This document shows, in pieces, positions 18,986 through 28,956 of a stretch of DNA of 64,000 nucleotides. The translations under genes were made by a program, and so were the position numbers. This DNA is from an uncultured Corynebacterium sp. Its GTDB lineage: Bacteria > Actinomycetota > Actinomycetes > Mycobacteriales > Mycobacteriaceae. The notes under the pieces were generated by a model. It made no database searches. It worked only from the letters and a program-made list of their open reading frames with translations, and had not been told where the DNA came from. The stretch spans positions 37,825 to 101,824 of the forward strand of contig CALTYZ010000003.1 of the NCBI GenBank assembly GCA_943913645.1, given 5' to 3'. The stretch's first letter is position 1, and the number at the start of each line of letters is the position of its first letter.

Positions 18986-20227
18986 CTAATCCTTCCTGCG
19001 AGCAGCTATCTTCCGCAAACCTCGCTGCACATCAACGCTGTCGTCGTGCCCCGCCACATCCGCCCCGCTTTCTCGCGCAGGTAGTTGCGCACTGTGGTGA
19101 ATCGGCAACTCGATGGTAAAGGTTGACCCAGTCCCGGGACGGGACCAAAGCTTGATATTACCGCCGTGGTTTGCCACGACATGTTTGACAATGGCAAGGC
19201 CTAACCCGGTCCCGCCTGTAGAGCGCGAGCGAGCCTTATCTACCCGGTAAAACCGCTCAAAGACGCGCTTTTGGTCTTCTGGGGCGATCCCGATGCCACG
19301 GTCAGTCACGCGCACCAGCACCACGTCATCGCGCACCACCTTCTGCGAAATGCTCACCGGCTGGCCATCGGGTGAATAGCTAATGGCATTGCTGACCAGG
19401 TTTGACACTGCGGCGGTGAGCAGGGATTTATCCCCCATGACCTGAAGTCCGCTCGGAGCACCCCGGGTCAGCGTGATGTCGCGGTTTTCAGCAGTCACGT
19501 GGTTGCGCGCCACTGCATCATCAATCACCTCATCAATCGATACCGGCGCCATCTCCGGGAGCGCTTCGGCACCTTGGAGTTTCGAAAGGCTAATCAAGTC
19601 CGTGATCATCTCGCCCATGCGGTGGGATTCTTTAAGCAGTTTTTGGCCAAAGTGCTCAACAAGTGCTTCATCACCCGGTTCTTGCAGCAACGCTTCCGCC
19701 AGCAGCGCCATCCCACCGACCGGGGTTTTCAGTTCGTGTGAGACGTTGGCCACGAAGTCGCGGCGCGCCGCCTCCATGCGCACATTCTCGGATTCGTCAC
19801 TGGCGTATGCAATGACATAGGAGTGGTGCGTCAAGGCGAGGGGTTTAATCACCACCCGCACATTTTTAATCCGGCTTCCCGTCGTGCGCCGAGGCAGGTC
19901 AAGCTCGATGACGTGGGATTCAAGATCAGTGAATGCGGCCTGGGCAGTTTCCCACACCTGCGGGTTGACGGTGCGATCATGCACGATCGACATGTCATGC
20001 GCCCGCGGGTTGGACATGAGTACTCGCCCGCCCCGGTTGAAGATAGCAATACCGGTTGGTGAGCCTTGCACCGCCAAATTCAGCAGCTCACTGACAGTGC
20101 TGACCCGGCTTTCTACCGGGCTGTCGTATTCCCGGTTGCGGTCGCGCCACTGCACAAACCGCCCAACCAGCGGCACAGCAATGGCCGCTGCGGCAACGCC
20201 GAGGAAAAACGCGAGAACCGGAGACAC
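18986..20227 (-). CDS. senX3: sensor histidine kinase (SenX3-like)
   Basis: N-terminal TM helix; H-box FVANVSHELKTPVGG; G-box GTGLGLAIVKH; immediately upstream of regX3 (9-nt gap). Confidence 0.8.
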   Translation of the reverse strand: MSPVLAFFLGVAAAAIAVPLVGRFVQWRDRNREYDSPVESRVSTVSELLNLAVQGSPTGIAIFNRGGRVLMSNPRAHDMSIVHDRTVNPQVWETAQAAFTDLESHVIELDLPRRTTGSRIKNVRVVIKPLALTHHSYVIAYASDESENVRMEAARRDFVANVSHELKTPVGGMALLAEALLQEPGDEALVEHFGQKLLKESHRMGEMITDLISLSKLQGAEALPEMAPVSIDEVIDDAVARNHVTAENRDITLTRGAPSGLQVMGDKSLLTAAVSNLVSNAISYSPDGQPVSISQKVVRDDVVLVRVTDRGIGIAPEDQKRVFERFYRVDKARSRSTGGTGLGLAIVKHVVANHGGNIKLWSRPGTGSTFTIELPIHHSAQLPARESGADVAGHDDSVDVQRGLRKIAARRKD

Positions 20228-20247
20228 GCTTGGTGCTCAGCCCGGGG

Positions 20248-20994
20248 TTATTTCTGGCCCTGGTTCGCCACAGCAACCGCAGCTGCTTCGGCTGCTTCCG
20301 GGTCCAGGTAGGTGCCGCCGGGGTTGAGTACCCCGCCGTGATCGTCCAACTCATAGACCAGGGGCATCCCGGTGGGAATATTCAGACCCGCGATGTCCTC
20401 GTCCGAAATATTGTCCAGGTATTTCACCAGGGCGCGCAAAGAGTTACCGTGCGCTGCGATCATGACATTTTTGCCGGCCATCGCGGCTGGGGCGATGACG
20501 TCAATGTAGTACGGCAGGAAACGATCCACCACATCCTTGAGGCACTCGGTGCGCGGCACCTGCGGCAAGAATGCGTAGCGCTGGTCATTTGTCTGCGCGT
20601 ACTCGTTATCTACGTCAATCTCCGGTGGCGGCGTGTCGTAGGAGCGCCGCCAGGTCATGAACTGCTCTTCGCCGAACTCTTCGCGAATCTCAGCCTTGTT
20701 CAGCCCCTGCAGCTTTCCGTAGTGGCGTTCGTTGAGGCGCCAGTTGCGCTCAACAGGAATCCAGTGCCGGTCGGCCGCATTCAGCGCGATGTTCGCCGTA
20801 CGAATCGCGCGGCGCAACAGCGAGGTGAAAACCACATCCGGGAGCAGGTCTTTTTCCACCATCAGCTTGCCCGCATTCACGGCTTCTTGCTCACCCTGCT
20901 CAGTGAGGTCAACATCGACCCAGCCAGTGAATTGGTTCGACTTATTCCAGTTGCTCTGACCGTGTCGGACGAGAATCAGCTTTCCTTTTGCCAT
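20248..20994 (-). CDS. gpmA: 2,3-bisphosphoglycerate-dependent phosphoglycerate mutase
   Basis: Start trimmed to ATG at 20992-20994 with AGGGG Shine-Dalgarno; [17 protein letters not shown] (RHG histidine phosphatase motif). Confidence 0.85.
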   Translation of the reverse strand: MAKGKLILVRHGQSNWNKSNQFTGWVDVDLTEQGEQEAVNAGKLMVEKDLLPDVVFTSLLRRAIRTANIALNAADRHWIPVERNWRLNERHYGKLQGLNKAEIREEFGEEQFMTWRRSYDTPPPEIDVDNEYAQTNDQRYAFLPQVPRTECLKDVVDRFLPYYIDVIAPAAMAGKNVMIAAHGNSLRALVKYLDNISDEDIAGLNIPTGMPLVYELDDHGGVLNPGGTYLDPEAAEAAAVAVANQGQK

Positions 20995-21078
20995 ACCCCT
21001 AAGCATGCCACGGTTACAACCCCACCGTTGAGCTTCTCAGCCCTGCTCACCCCCTCAATTGTGGGGTCTGGCGCAAGG

Positions 21079-22341
21079 TTAGGAACCGCCCGCCCGGCGC
21101 GGACCGGCTCCAGGAACATAGCCGTGCAGGGTGTCGGCGTACACCTCGCGCAGCTCAGCGGCGGAGGTTGCCCAGCTGAACTGGGATGCGTGGGCAGTGG
21201 CGGCCTGGGCCATGGACAGGCGCAGGGTGTCGTCGATAAGCAACTGTTCAATCGCATCGACCCAGGCATTGGTGTCATGACTGGTGACGAGTACTCCGGT
21301 CTCCCCATCGGAGATGGCAAGGGGCAACCCCCCGACTCTGGCGGCGATCACAGGTGTGCCGGTGGCTTGCGCTTCGATGGCCACCAGCCCGAAGCTTTCG
21401 TTGTAGCTGGGCACGGCGACAAGGTCAGCGGCTTGGTAGATGCTCACCAATTCCTGGGGTGGCCGGGGCCCGAGGAAGCGGCAGATGTGCGCAATGCCCT
21501 CCTGCCTTGCAATATCGCGGTAGTGCTCCACACTGGCACCGGTGCCTGAGGCACCGCCGCACATGATGACCCGCAGCGCAGCATCCACATGTGCGCGGCG
21601 CACAAGCTCGCCCATGGCGCGGAGCACGACTTGCGGGCCTTTGAAATCTTGCATCCTGCCGACGAACGCCACCACCTTGGCGTGTACGGGGATGCCGAGT
21701 GCGCGCCGTGCCAGCTCGGTATTGCGGTTCGTTCCCGGCGTGAACAGGGCAACATCAGCACCTGGGCGAACAACGGAGATTTTGCTCGGATCGACATCGT
21801 AGAACCGCGCGAGCTGCTTCGTTTCATCGTCGGTATTGACCACAAGCCGGGTGGCGTTGTCAACTAACTGCTGTTCGCAGATGCGCCGCGCTTCACTTTC
21901 GGTGTTATCAGTGCCGTACGCATTTTTCACCGCTGCCCAGGTGTGTCCTGTGTGCACGAGCGGCACCCCCGCCAGGTCCGCCAACAGCCACCCGACCTGC
22001 CCGGAAAGCCAGTAGTGGGAGTGAATCAGCGCGTATTCTTCCCCGTGGGCGCGTGTGAACTGCACCACTCCCCCACTGAATGCGGCCAGCTGGGTTGGTA
22101 GTTCTTCTTTCTCCAGACCTTCAAACGGGCCGGCGACGATATTGATCACTCGGTAGCCGGGTTCGACCTCAACGATCTCGCCTTGGCTCGGCCGCGTCGC
22201 CCGGGTGAACACATCAACGGCGACTCCGCTGCGGGCGAGTTGGCGCGCTATGTTGTGAACGTAGACGTTCATCCCGCCCGCATCCCCTGTTCCCGGCTGC
22301 TCGAGAGGGGATGTGTGCATGGAGATCATGGCAACGCGCAT
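21079..22341 (-). CDS. mshA: D-inositol-3-phosphate glycosyltransferase (mycothiol biosynthesis, GT4)
   Basis: 420 aa GT-B/GT4 fold; N-terminal [28 protein letters not shown]; C-terminal [18 protein letters not shown]; position next to gpm/senX3 matches Rv0486. Confidence 0.8.
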   Translation of the reverse strand: MRVAMISMHTSPLEQPGTGDAGGMNVYVHNIARQLARSGVAVDVFTRATRPSQGEIVEVEPGYRVINIVAGPFEGLEKEELPTQLAAFSGGVVQFTRAHGEEYALIHSHYWLSGQVGWLLADLAGVPLVHTGHTWAAVKNAYGTDNTESEARRICEQQLVDNATRLVVNTDDETKQLARFYDVDPSKISVVRPGADVALFTPGTNRNTELARRALGIPVHAKVVAFVGRMQDFKGPQVVLRAMGELVRRAHVDAALRVIMCGGASGTGASVEHYRDIARQEGIAHICRFLGPRPPQELVSIYQAADLVAVPSYNESFGLVAIEAQATGTPVIAARVGGLPLAISDGETGVLVTSHDTNAWVDAIEQLLIDDTLRLSMAQAATAHASQFSWATSAAELREVYADTLHGYVPGAGPRRAGGS

Positions 22342-22396
22342 GCGCCAACACTAGCGTGCTTGACAGCTTGACGACGCCCACCCTGCCAGGCCGCGT

Positions 22397-24262
22397 TTAG
22401 GACATGTCGAGCGCATGCTTGTGCCAGGAGGAGAAATCCTCCGCCACCGATGCCGCCAGCCGCCGGTATGCCGTCAGTGTTGGACGCGCCAGGCACTCCA
22501 TCTCCACGACCGCCCCTTCGGCCAAGTGGCGGTCGTAGGGAATCTGGTGCACAGCGCGGGTCCGTGCCCGGAAGTGCTCCTCAATGGGCTCCATGTCTAC
22601 CATCGGTTTTCCTGGCGCCGCGGCGGAGATGACCACCACCGAGTTCGCCGCTAACTGCTCATAGCCATGCAGCGACAGCCAATCCAATGTGGCGGACGCC
22701 GCCTGTGCGCCGTCGAGCGCGGGCGAGGTGACCAGCACCAGCGTATTGGCCAAATCAAGCACACCCGCCATCGCAGAGTGCATCAAGCCGGTGCCGCAAT
22801 CAGTGAGGATCACATTGTAGTGGTGCTGCAGGATGTCGATGGCGCGGCGGTAATCCTGCTCACTGAACGCCTCGGAGACTGCCGGGTCACGTTCACTGCC
22901 AATCACCTCGAGGCGCGAACTTGCCTGGTTGGTAAACGCACGTACCTCGGGGTAGCGCGTGGTGTCCTCGGCGTTGAGCAGGTCTCGGATTGTCGCCGGA
23001 CCCGGCGCGGCCGCGCGCTGGGCGAGCGTGCCTAAGTCCGGGTTTGCGTCAATGGCAATCACGCGGTCGCCACGCTCAGCTGCGAACACCCCGCCGAGCG
23101 CAACGGTGGTGGTTGTCTTGCCGACACCGCCTTTAAGTGACATCACGGCGATGCGGTAATCCCCACGCAGCGGCGCACGAACCGCCTCAAGGAGGCGCTC
23201 TTCTTCCTGCTCGCTCGCGGATCCGCCTGGGTTCACACGCCCACCCGACATCGTGTGGACCATCCTGCGCCACCCCTTCTTCGGAGGCGTTTTCACCGGG
23301 TTGATCAAGTTCGACTCATCAATCGCCTGCGGTGCCAGTAGCCCATGCTCCGCCGACGCTGCCCGCGGTGGCACCTCAGAGCGCACAGCGGGCAGGTCTG
23401 ATCGGCCCTCGCCTCGGGGTTCAACCCTGTGTCCAGCTGGTGCAGTTGGGGTGCTGATGTCCCCGGTGTCGGCAGCAGGTGTGGGCGAAATCGGGCTGTC
23501 TGAAACGGGGTCGTCTGAATCGACGCTCTTTGAAACAGGGCTGTCTGGGGGTGGTGCAATCGGGGGGACGGCGAGCCTTGGCGCGCCGGGCACAGTCGAA
23601 CTGCCCTGTGTCTCGCTGGTTTGCGATCCGAACTGAGCAGTCAGTTTCGTGGCATCTCGATTCGCTTGGTCTTTGTGGCGCGACGCGGCGTGGCGTGTGA
23701 CGGTGTCACGTTTGGGCGTGTTGCGCTTGACGTTGTCATGCTGCTGGCCCCAGTCCTCAAAACTGCGGTACACATTCGCGATGATTTCATCATCACTGAG
23801 CTGCTCTTTTGTGCCTCCAGAAGCCGCGTCCGTGGTGGTCGATTTAGCTGTGTCGGCTGCGTCGGTAGTGTCGGTAGTGTCGGTCGCGGCGTTTGTCTGT
23901 GTGGAGCTGCGCGGTTGCGTCGACTGCTGCCAGGATTGCGCATAGTTCAGCGTCTCGAGCTCCGATTCCAGCAATCCTTTGTTCTCCGCCTGTGGCTCAA
24001 CCGAGGGGGCCTCCGGGGTCGAATCGTGTCGCTGCTGCGGTTGCGTGGCACCCAGGTGTTGCGTGTGGCTGTTTGGCTGGAGTTTGCCGTCGTGAATGAT
24101 CACGTTTTGGCTGGCTTTTGGCTCTTCCTGCGCGGCTGGTTGCGCACTGGCCAAGTAGCCGACCGTGCCTTGGTCGAGTACGGCTTTGACCGCCTCCGCC
24201 GGGGCAGAATTAACCCTCAGCCAAGGGGAACTATTCGGTTGTGAGCCCTTGTTATCGTTCAT
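22397..24262 (-). CDS. ParA/MinD-like P-loop ATPase with ~350-aa disordered Thr/Asp/Pro/Ser-rich N-terminal region
   Basis: C-terminal ~260 aa has the deviant Walker A IAVMSLKGGVGKTTTTVALG and MinD/ParA-like architecture. The N-terminal half is low complexity with TDTTDTTDAADTAKSTTTD repeats. Confidence 0.55.
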   Translation of the reverse strand: MNDNKGSQPNSSPWLRVNSAPAEAVKAVLDQGTVGYLASAQPAAQEEPKASQNVIIHDGKLQPNSHTQHLGATQPQQRHDSTPEAPSVEPQAENKGLLESELETLNYAQSWQQSTQPRSSTQTNAATDTTDTTDAADTAKSTTTDAASGGTKEQLSDDEIIANVYRSFEDWGQQHDNVKRNTPKRDTVTRHAASRHKDQANRDATKLTAQFGSQTSETQGSSTVPGAPRLAVPPIAPPPDSPVSKSVDSDDPVSDSPISPTPAADTGDISTPTAPAGHRVEPRGEGRSDLPAVRSEVPPRAASAEHGLLAPQAIDESNLINPVKTPPKKGWRRMVHTMSGGRVNPGGSASEQEEERLLEAVRAPLRGDYRIAVMSLKGGVGKTTTTVALGGVFAAERGDRVIAIDANPDLGTLAQRAAAPGPATIRDLLNAEDTTRYPEVRAFTNQASSRLEVIGSERDPAVSEAFSEQDYRRAIDILQHHYNVILTDCGTGLMHSAMAGVLDLANTLVLVTSPALDGAQAASATLDWLSLHGYEQLAANSVVVISAAAPGKPMVDMEPIEEHFRARTRAVHQIPYDRHLAEGAVVEMECLARPTLTAYRRLAASVAEDFSSWHKHALDMS

Positions 24263-24618
24263 TTCAGCTCCTTGGCACTGTTCATACCGGTGAATCTCAA
24301 CGTCCAGCCTCTACCTCGACCGCCCAACGCGTCGCAAGAGAGGCACACGCACAGGCACATATCAGCGAATAAACAGACTATTCGATTACACACGCCAAGA
24401 AAAGTCGTATTTCTTTTATATATGGCATGGATATGCCACCACCTGTCCCACCTGCACCATTGACAGAAAACCTCAGGATTGAAGTGTCTCCCAGCCGGCA
24501 AAACGCGAGCGAGAACAAGCGCAAAACACGCGACTCCCCATAAACCTACGGTTGCGTAAGTTATAGTGTGTGAAGTTTTTTACCTAGAAAGCACTTCCCC
24601 GCAAGCTGAGGAGATCCC

Positions 24619-26313
24619 ATGGGAGCGTTTGAGAATAAGGCCTGGATTCAGCACTACGCTGACTGGACCGACCCCTACCCAGAGCTGGGCGATGACACAC
24701 TCGTCAGCCTTTTCAATGACGCAGTAGCGAATGCACCCAAGCGCGCCGCCACCTGGTTCATGGGCAAAACGCTCACCTACGCCCAGGTCGATGAAAAAGC
24801 CACGCAGCTTGCCTCCGCATTGACCGACCTCGGCGTACGCCAGGGCGACCGGGTTGCCATCGCACTGCCCAACTGCCCGCAACACGTCATCGCCATCACC
24901 GCACTGCTGCGCATCGGCGCGGTGGTGGTGGAACACAACCCGCTCTACACCGCCTACGAACTCAAAAGCCAGTTTCTTGACCACGGTGCCAAAGTGGCCA
25001 TCGTCTTTGACCGCGAGGCGCACACCTTCCTCAGCCTGCAACACGACACCGGGCTGGAAACCATCATCACCGTCAACATGATCGATGAAATGCCACGAAC
25101 TTTGAAAGCAGCACTTGCCTTACCGCTGCCACCAATAAGCAAAAAACGTGCAGAGTTATCCCGCCCCGCACCTGGCACACTCAGCTGGAACGATCTACTC
25201 AAGCGCGCTAGTGCTCCAGTTGCAGCACCCATCATCACCCAAGATGACACAGCGTTTATTCTCTACACCTCCGGCACCACCGGTGAACCCAAAGGCGCAC
25301 CGCTGACCCACCGCAACGTCATCGCCGTGTTGAAAGGCGGGCTGACCTGGCTAGAAAACTGGGGTGCTACAGAAGAAAAAGTGCTCGCCGTACTGCCACT
25401 TTTCCACATCTACGGACTGACGCTCAACTACGGGCTGCCCCTGACGGTTGCCGGTCAGATTGTGCTGGTGCCGGCACCGAAACCGGAGCTGTACCAAAGC
25501 GCGATCAAAAAAACTCGTCCAACGCTTTTGCCTGGTGTGCCCACCTTGTACGAGCGCATCACCGACTGGGCCATAGCAAGCGGGGTGGATCTGTCATCTA
25601 TCCACTCTTCGGTGTCTGGTGCAGCCACGCTTCCCGCCTCCACCATCGAAAAATGGGAGCGCGCCACCGGCGGGCGGCTCATTGAAGGCTACGGCTTGAC
25701 CGAAACTGCGCCCATCCTCGCCGGCAACCCGCTCGACGGTAACCGACGCCCAGGCTACATTGGCCTGCCGTTTCCAAACACAGAAATTCGCATCGCCAAC
25801 CCCGACAACCCGGCACAGACCATGCCAGATGGCGAGCCGGGAGAACTTCTTGCCCGCGGACCGCAGGTGTTTTCCGGCTACCTCAACAAACCAGAAGCGA
25901 ATCAGCGCGCCTTCTACCAAGACTGGTTCCGCACCGGCGATATGGCGGTAATGGAAGAAGACGGGTTCATCCGCCTGGTGGCGCGAATCAAGGAGATCAT
26001 CATCACCGGAGGCTTCAACGTTTACCCCGACGAGGTGGAAGAAGTCATGCGCGCACACCCGGATATCACCGACATCGCAGTCGTGGGCCGACCGCGTGAC
26101 GACGGCTCCGAAGACGTCGTTGCCTGCGTCACACTTCGCGACGGCGCCGCTCTTGACCCAGAGGGAATGAAAGATTTCGCTCGCCAGCGGCTGACCCGCT
26201 ACAAGGTGCCGCGGACCTTCTACCACTTCGAAGAATTACAGCGGGATCAAACCGGAAAGATACGGCGTCGAGAAGTTCGCGACAGCTTGCTCAACGACCT
26301 TACGCAACCGTAA
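24619..26313 (+). CDS. fadD: long-chain fatty-acid--CoA ligase (AMP-dependent synthetase, FadD family)
   Basis: 564 aa; AMP-binding signature ILYTSGTTGEPKGAPLTHRN; GAGGAG Shine-Dalgarno before ATG. Confidence 0.8.
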   Translation: MGAFENKAWIQHYADWTDPYPELGDDTLVSLFNDAVANAPKRAATWFMGKTLTYAQVDEKATQLASALTDLGVRQGDRVAIALPNCPQHVIAITALLRIGAVVVEHNPLYTAYELKSQFLDHGAKVAIVFDREAHTFLSLQHDTGLETIITVNMIDEMPRTLKAALALPLPPISKKRAELSRPAPGTLSWNDLLKRASAPVAAPIITQDDTAFILYTSGTTGEPKGAPLTHRNVIAVLKGGLTWLENWGATEEKVLAVLPLFHIYGLTLNYGLPLTVAGQIVLVPAPKPELYQSAIKKTRPTLLPGVPTLYERITDWAIASGVDLSSIHSSVSGAATLPASTIEKWERATGGRLIEGYGLTETAPILAGNPLDGNRRPGYIGLPFPNTEIRIANPDNPAQTMPDGEPGELLARGPQVFSGYLNKPEANQRAFYQDWFRTGDMAVMEEDGFIRLVARIKEIIITGGFNVYPDEVEEVMRAHPDITDIAVVGRPRDDGSEDVVACVTLRDGAALDPEGMKDFARQRLTRYKVPRTFYHFEELQRDQTGKIRRREVRDSLLNDLTQP

Positions 26314-26333
26314 GGAAGCGTAAGGTAGGGCCC

Positions 26334-28073
26334 ATGCTCAACGAGTCTGCGACCCACCAGCCCGGCGCCGCATCCGAAAAGCCCTGGCTGCGCTACTACC
26401 CTGAGTGGACCGCACCCTCCCTCGAGTACGGCATGATGACGCTGCCGCAACTCTATGAGGACAACCTCGCACGCAACGCGGAGAAAACCGCGACCAGGTT
26501 CTTCGGCCACACCAAGACATATCGTGAGCTAGACCGGGATGTGCACCGCGCGGCGGCCGGGCTCAAAGCTTTCGGCGTGCGCCCAGGCGACCGAGTAGCG
26601 ATCATGCTGCCAAACTGCCCACAGCATGTCGCGGCGTACTACGCCATCCACCTCATCGGCGGCGTCGTGGTAGAACACAACCCGCTCTACACCCCCAACG
26701 AGCTGCGCCCACAGTTCAAAGACCACGGTGCCCGCATTGCGATCGTCTGGGACAAAGTCGCCGACACACTCGAGCAGATCCGCTCCGACTGCGCGCTGGA
26801 GACCGTGATCAGTGTCAACATGACAAAAGCAATGCCACCACTGCAACGGCTGGCCCTCAAAATCCCGTTTGGCAAGCTACGCGAAGCCCGTGATGCGCTC
26901 ACCGGGCCCGCGAAAAACAGCGTGCCGTGGGAAGCCCTCATCAGCACCGCAATCGGCGGCGACGGCAGCGATATTGTCACCCCAGAAGAAATCACCCCCG
27001 ATTCGCAGGCGCTGATCCTGTACACCTCCGGCACAACTGGTTTTCCGAAAGGGGCAGTACTCAGCCACACCAACCTCATTGCCAACCCGCGCCAAGGCCG
27101 CGCATGGGTAAAGCAGTTACAAGAAGACAATCAGCGCATGCTGGCCACCTTGCCGTTCTTTCATGCCTACGGCCTGACGTTCTCCCTGACCCTCATGGTG
27201 CTCATCGGCAGTGAATCAGTACTGCTGCCCGCACCGAAAATGAATCTGGTGATGGATGCGTTAAAGAAGTACCCGCCCTCATTCGTCCCAGGTGTGCCCA
27301 CCGTGTTTGAGCGCATCGTGCAGGCAGCAAAGAAGGACAACGTGGATCTGTCCGGCATCGAGGTCGGGTTTTCAGGCGCCTCATCGTTGCCTGCCCACGT
27401 CATTGAGGAGTGGGAGCAGGTCACTGGCGGCCACCTCATCGAAGGCTATGGGCTCACCGAAGCCTCACCGATCCTCATCGGCAACCCCCAGTCAGCAGAT
27501 CGCCGCCCCGGCTACATCGGCATTCCGTTCCCGGATACAGACATCCGCATCGCTAACCCCGACAACCTCGATGAGGACATGCCCTATGGTGAGGCGGGCG
27601 AAATCCTGGCCCGCGGGCCACAGGTTTTCCAGGGCTACCTCAACAACCCAGAGGCCACCGAAAAGGTCTTCCACAACGGCTGGTTCCGCACCGGTGACAT
27701 GGCGGTGATGGAAGAAGACGGGTTCATCCGGCTAGTCTCGCGCATCAAAGAGCTCATTATTACCGGTGGATTCAACGTCTACCCCGCTGAGGTGGAAGAA
27801 GTCATGCGCCGCCACCGCGACGTTGTTGACGTCGCCGTTGTTGGGCGCCCCCGCACCGACGGCTCTGAAGATGTCGTCGCGTGCGTCGTGCTTGAAGACG
27901 GCGCCGCACTCGACCCAGATGGACTCAAAGACTTCGCCCGCGAAAACCTCACCCGCTACAAAGTCCCGCGCACCTTCTACCACTTCGAAGAACTCGAGCG
28001 CGACCAGATGGGCAAAGTGCGCCGCCGTGAAGTCCGCGACGCGCTCCTTGCCCGCCTCGCGGAAAGCTCATAG
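26334..28073 (+). CDS. fadD: long-chain fatty-acid--CoA ligase (FadD family), tandem paralogue
   Basis: 579 aa; ILYTSGTTGFPKGAVLSHTN; collinear similarity to the upstream FadD across full length (e.g. GGFNVYP(D/A)EVEEVMR, RYKVPRTFYHFEEL shared). Confidence 0.8.
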   Translation: MLNESATHQPGAASEKPWLRYYPEWTAPSLEYGMMTLPQLYEDNLARNAEKTATRFFGHTKTYRELDRDVHRAAAGLKAFGVRPGDRVAIMLPNCPQHVAAYYAIHLIGGVVVEHNPLYTPNELRPQFKDHGARIAIVWDKVADTLEQIRSDCALETVISVNMTKAMPPLQRLALKIPFGKLREARDALTGPAKNSVPWEALISTAIGGDGSDIVTPEEITPDSQALILYTSGTTGFPKGAVLSHTNLIANPRQGRAWVKQLQEDNQRMLATLPFFHAYGLTFSLTLMVLIGSESVLLPAPKMNLVMDALKKYPPSFVPGVPTVFERIVQAAKKDNVDLSGIEVGFSGASSLPAHVIEEWEQVTGGHLIEGYGLTEASPILIGNPQSADRRPGYIGIPFPDTDIRIANPDNLDEDMPYGEAGEILARGPQVFQGYLNNPEATEKVFHNGWFRTGDMAVMEEDGFIRLVSRIKELIITGGFNVYPAEVEEVMRRHRDVVDVAVVGRPRTDGSEDVVACVVLEDGAALDPDGLKDFARENLTRYKVPRTFYHFEELERDQMGKVRRREVRDALLARLAESS

Positions 28074-28191
28074 CGAGTTCGAGTCGCTACCTGACTATCC
28101 CGTTGCCGCCGATTGCTGGTTGGGTTGGGATTCTCGGGCCAATACAGGCGCTTGCCGGTAACAATTGAAAAATGAAAGGATTCATTCTCCG

Positions 28192-28956
28192 GTGATCCAA
28201 CTTCAATCATTGAGCAAAACTTACCGGGTCCGGGGACGCGCAGTGCATGCGCTAGATAACGTTTCCGCACAATTGCCAGAAGGCATCACCACCCTGATAG
28301 GCGCTAACGGTAGCGGCAAATCAACGCTCATTCGTGTGCTGTGCACCCTGGAAGCCGCCGACGGGGGATCTTTTTCGGTCGATGGTGAGCGCATTGAGGG
28401 CAAAACGCGCGATGCTTATCGTCAGCGAATCGGCTACGTACCACAAGACGTCCGATTCATCTCAACGATGAGCTGCAGCGACGCCCTTGCCTACGCGGGA
28501 TGGGTAGCGGGAATGAGCCGCAGTGAGTATCGCGCTCGGATCCCCGAGGTTCTTGCTGAAGTTGGATTGCCGGAGGTTGCAAATGCTCGCGTGGGGTCCT
28601 TATCTGGTGGCCAAAACCGCCGGATCGGGATCGCCGCTGCCTTGATGCATCGTCCGGACGTTATCTACTTCGATGAGCCGACGGCCGGGTTAGACCCACA
28701 AGCTCGATTTGAAGTTCGAAACCTCATTCGCAGCGTTGGCGAGCGCGCGACCGTGGTCATCTCTACTCACCTGACAGACGACGTGGATTCCCTAGCTGAC
28801 CACGTCATCGCTTTGCACACAGGGCGGGTCGCATTCGAAGGCAGCTGGCAGCAACTACAGCAGCATGCTGGTCCCGCGACGCACAGCAGTGACCCCCTGG
28901 AAGAGGCACTGGCAGTTATCGCTCAATCTCCAGCTCCAGATGAGGTAGGGATATGA
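28192..28956 (+). CDS. ABC transporter ATP-binding protein
   Basis: Walker A GANGSGKST, signature LSGGQNRR, Walker B VIYFDEPTAGLD. Start placed at in-frame GTG 28192 preceded by GAAAGGA; the track's TTG at 28165 is an alternative. Confidence 0.7.
   Translation: MIQLQSLSKTYRVRGRAVHALDNVSAQLPEGITTLIGANGSGKSTLIRVLCTLEAADGGSFSVDGERIEGKTRDAYRQRIGYVPQDVRFISTMSCSDALAYAGWVAGMSRSEYRARIPEVLAEVGLPEVANARVGSLSGGQNRRIGIAAALMHRPDVIYFDEPTAGLDPQARFEVRNLIRSVGERATVVISTHLTDDVDSLADHVIALHTGRVAFEGSWQQLQQHAGPATHSSDPLEEALAVIAQSPAPDEVGI

Noticed and set aside
20230-21549. 439-aa ORF on the plus strand spanning gpm and mshA
   Set aside because: It is antisense to two genes with clear family signatures (gpmA RHG motif, MshA GT4). 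The product is Arg/Gly/Val-rich low complexity, typical of spurious reverse-strand ORFs in high-GC DNA.
23820-23900. Repetitive tgtcggtagtgtcggtagtgtcggtcgc stretch
   Set aside because: Coding low-complexity repeat (TDTTDTTD on minus strand) within the ParA-like gene's disordered N-terminal region; not an independent repeat element.
25594-26226. 210-aa minus-strand ORF inside fadD, and similar antisense ORFs in the second fadD, sdhA, lpd and FadD3
   Set aside because: All lie opposite well-supported genes; none has motifs; high GC suppresses stop codons on the antisense strand.
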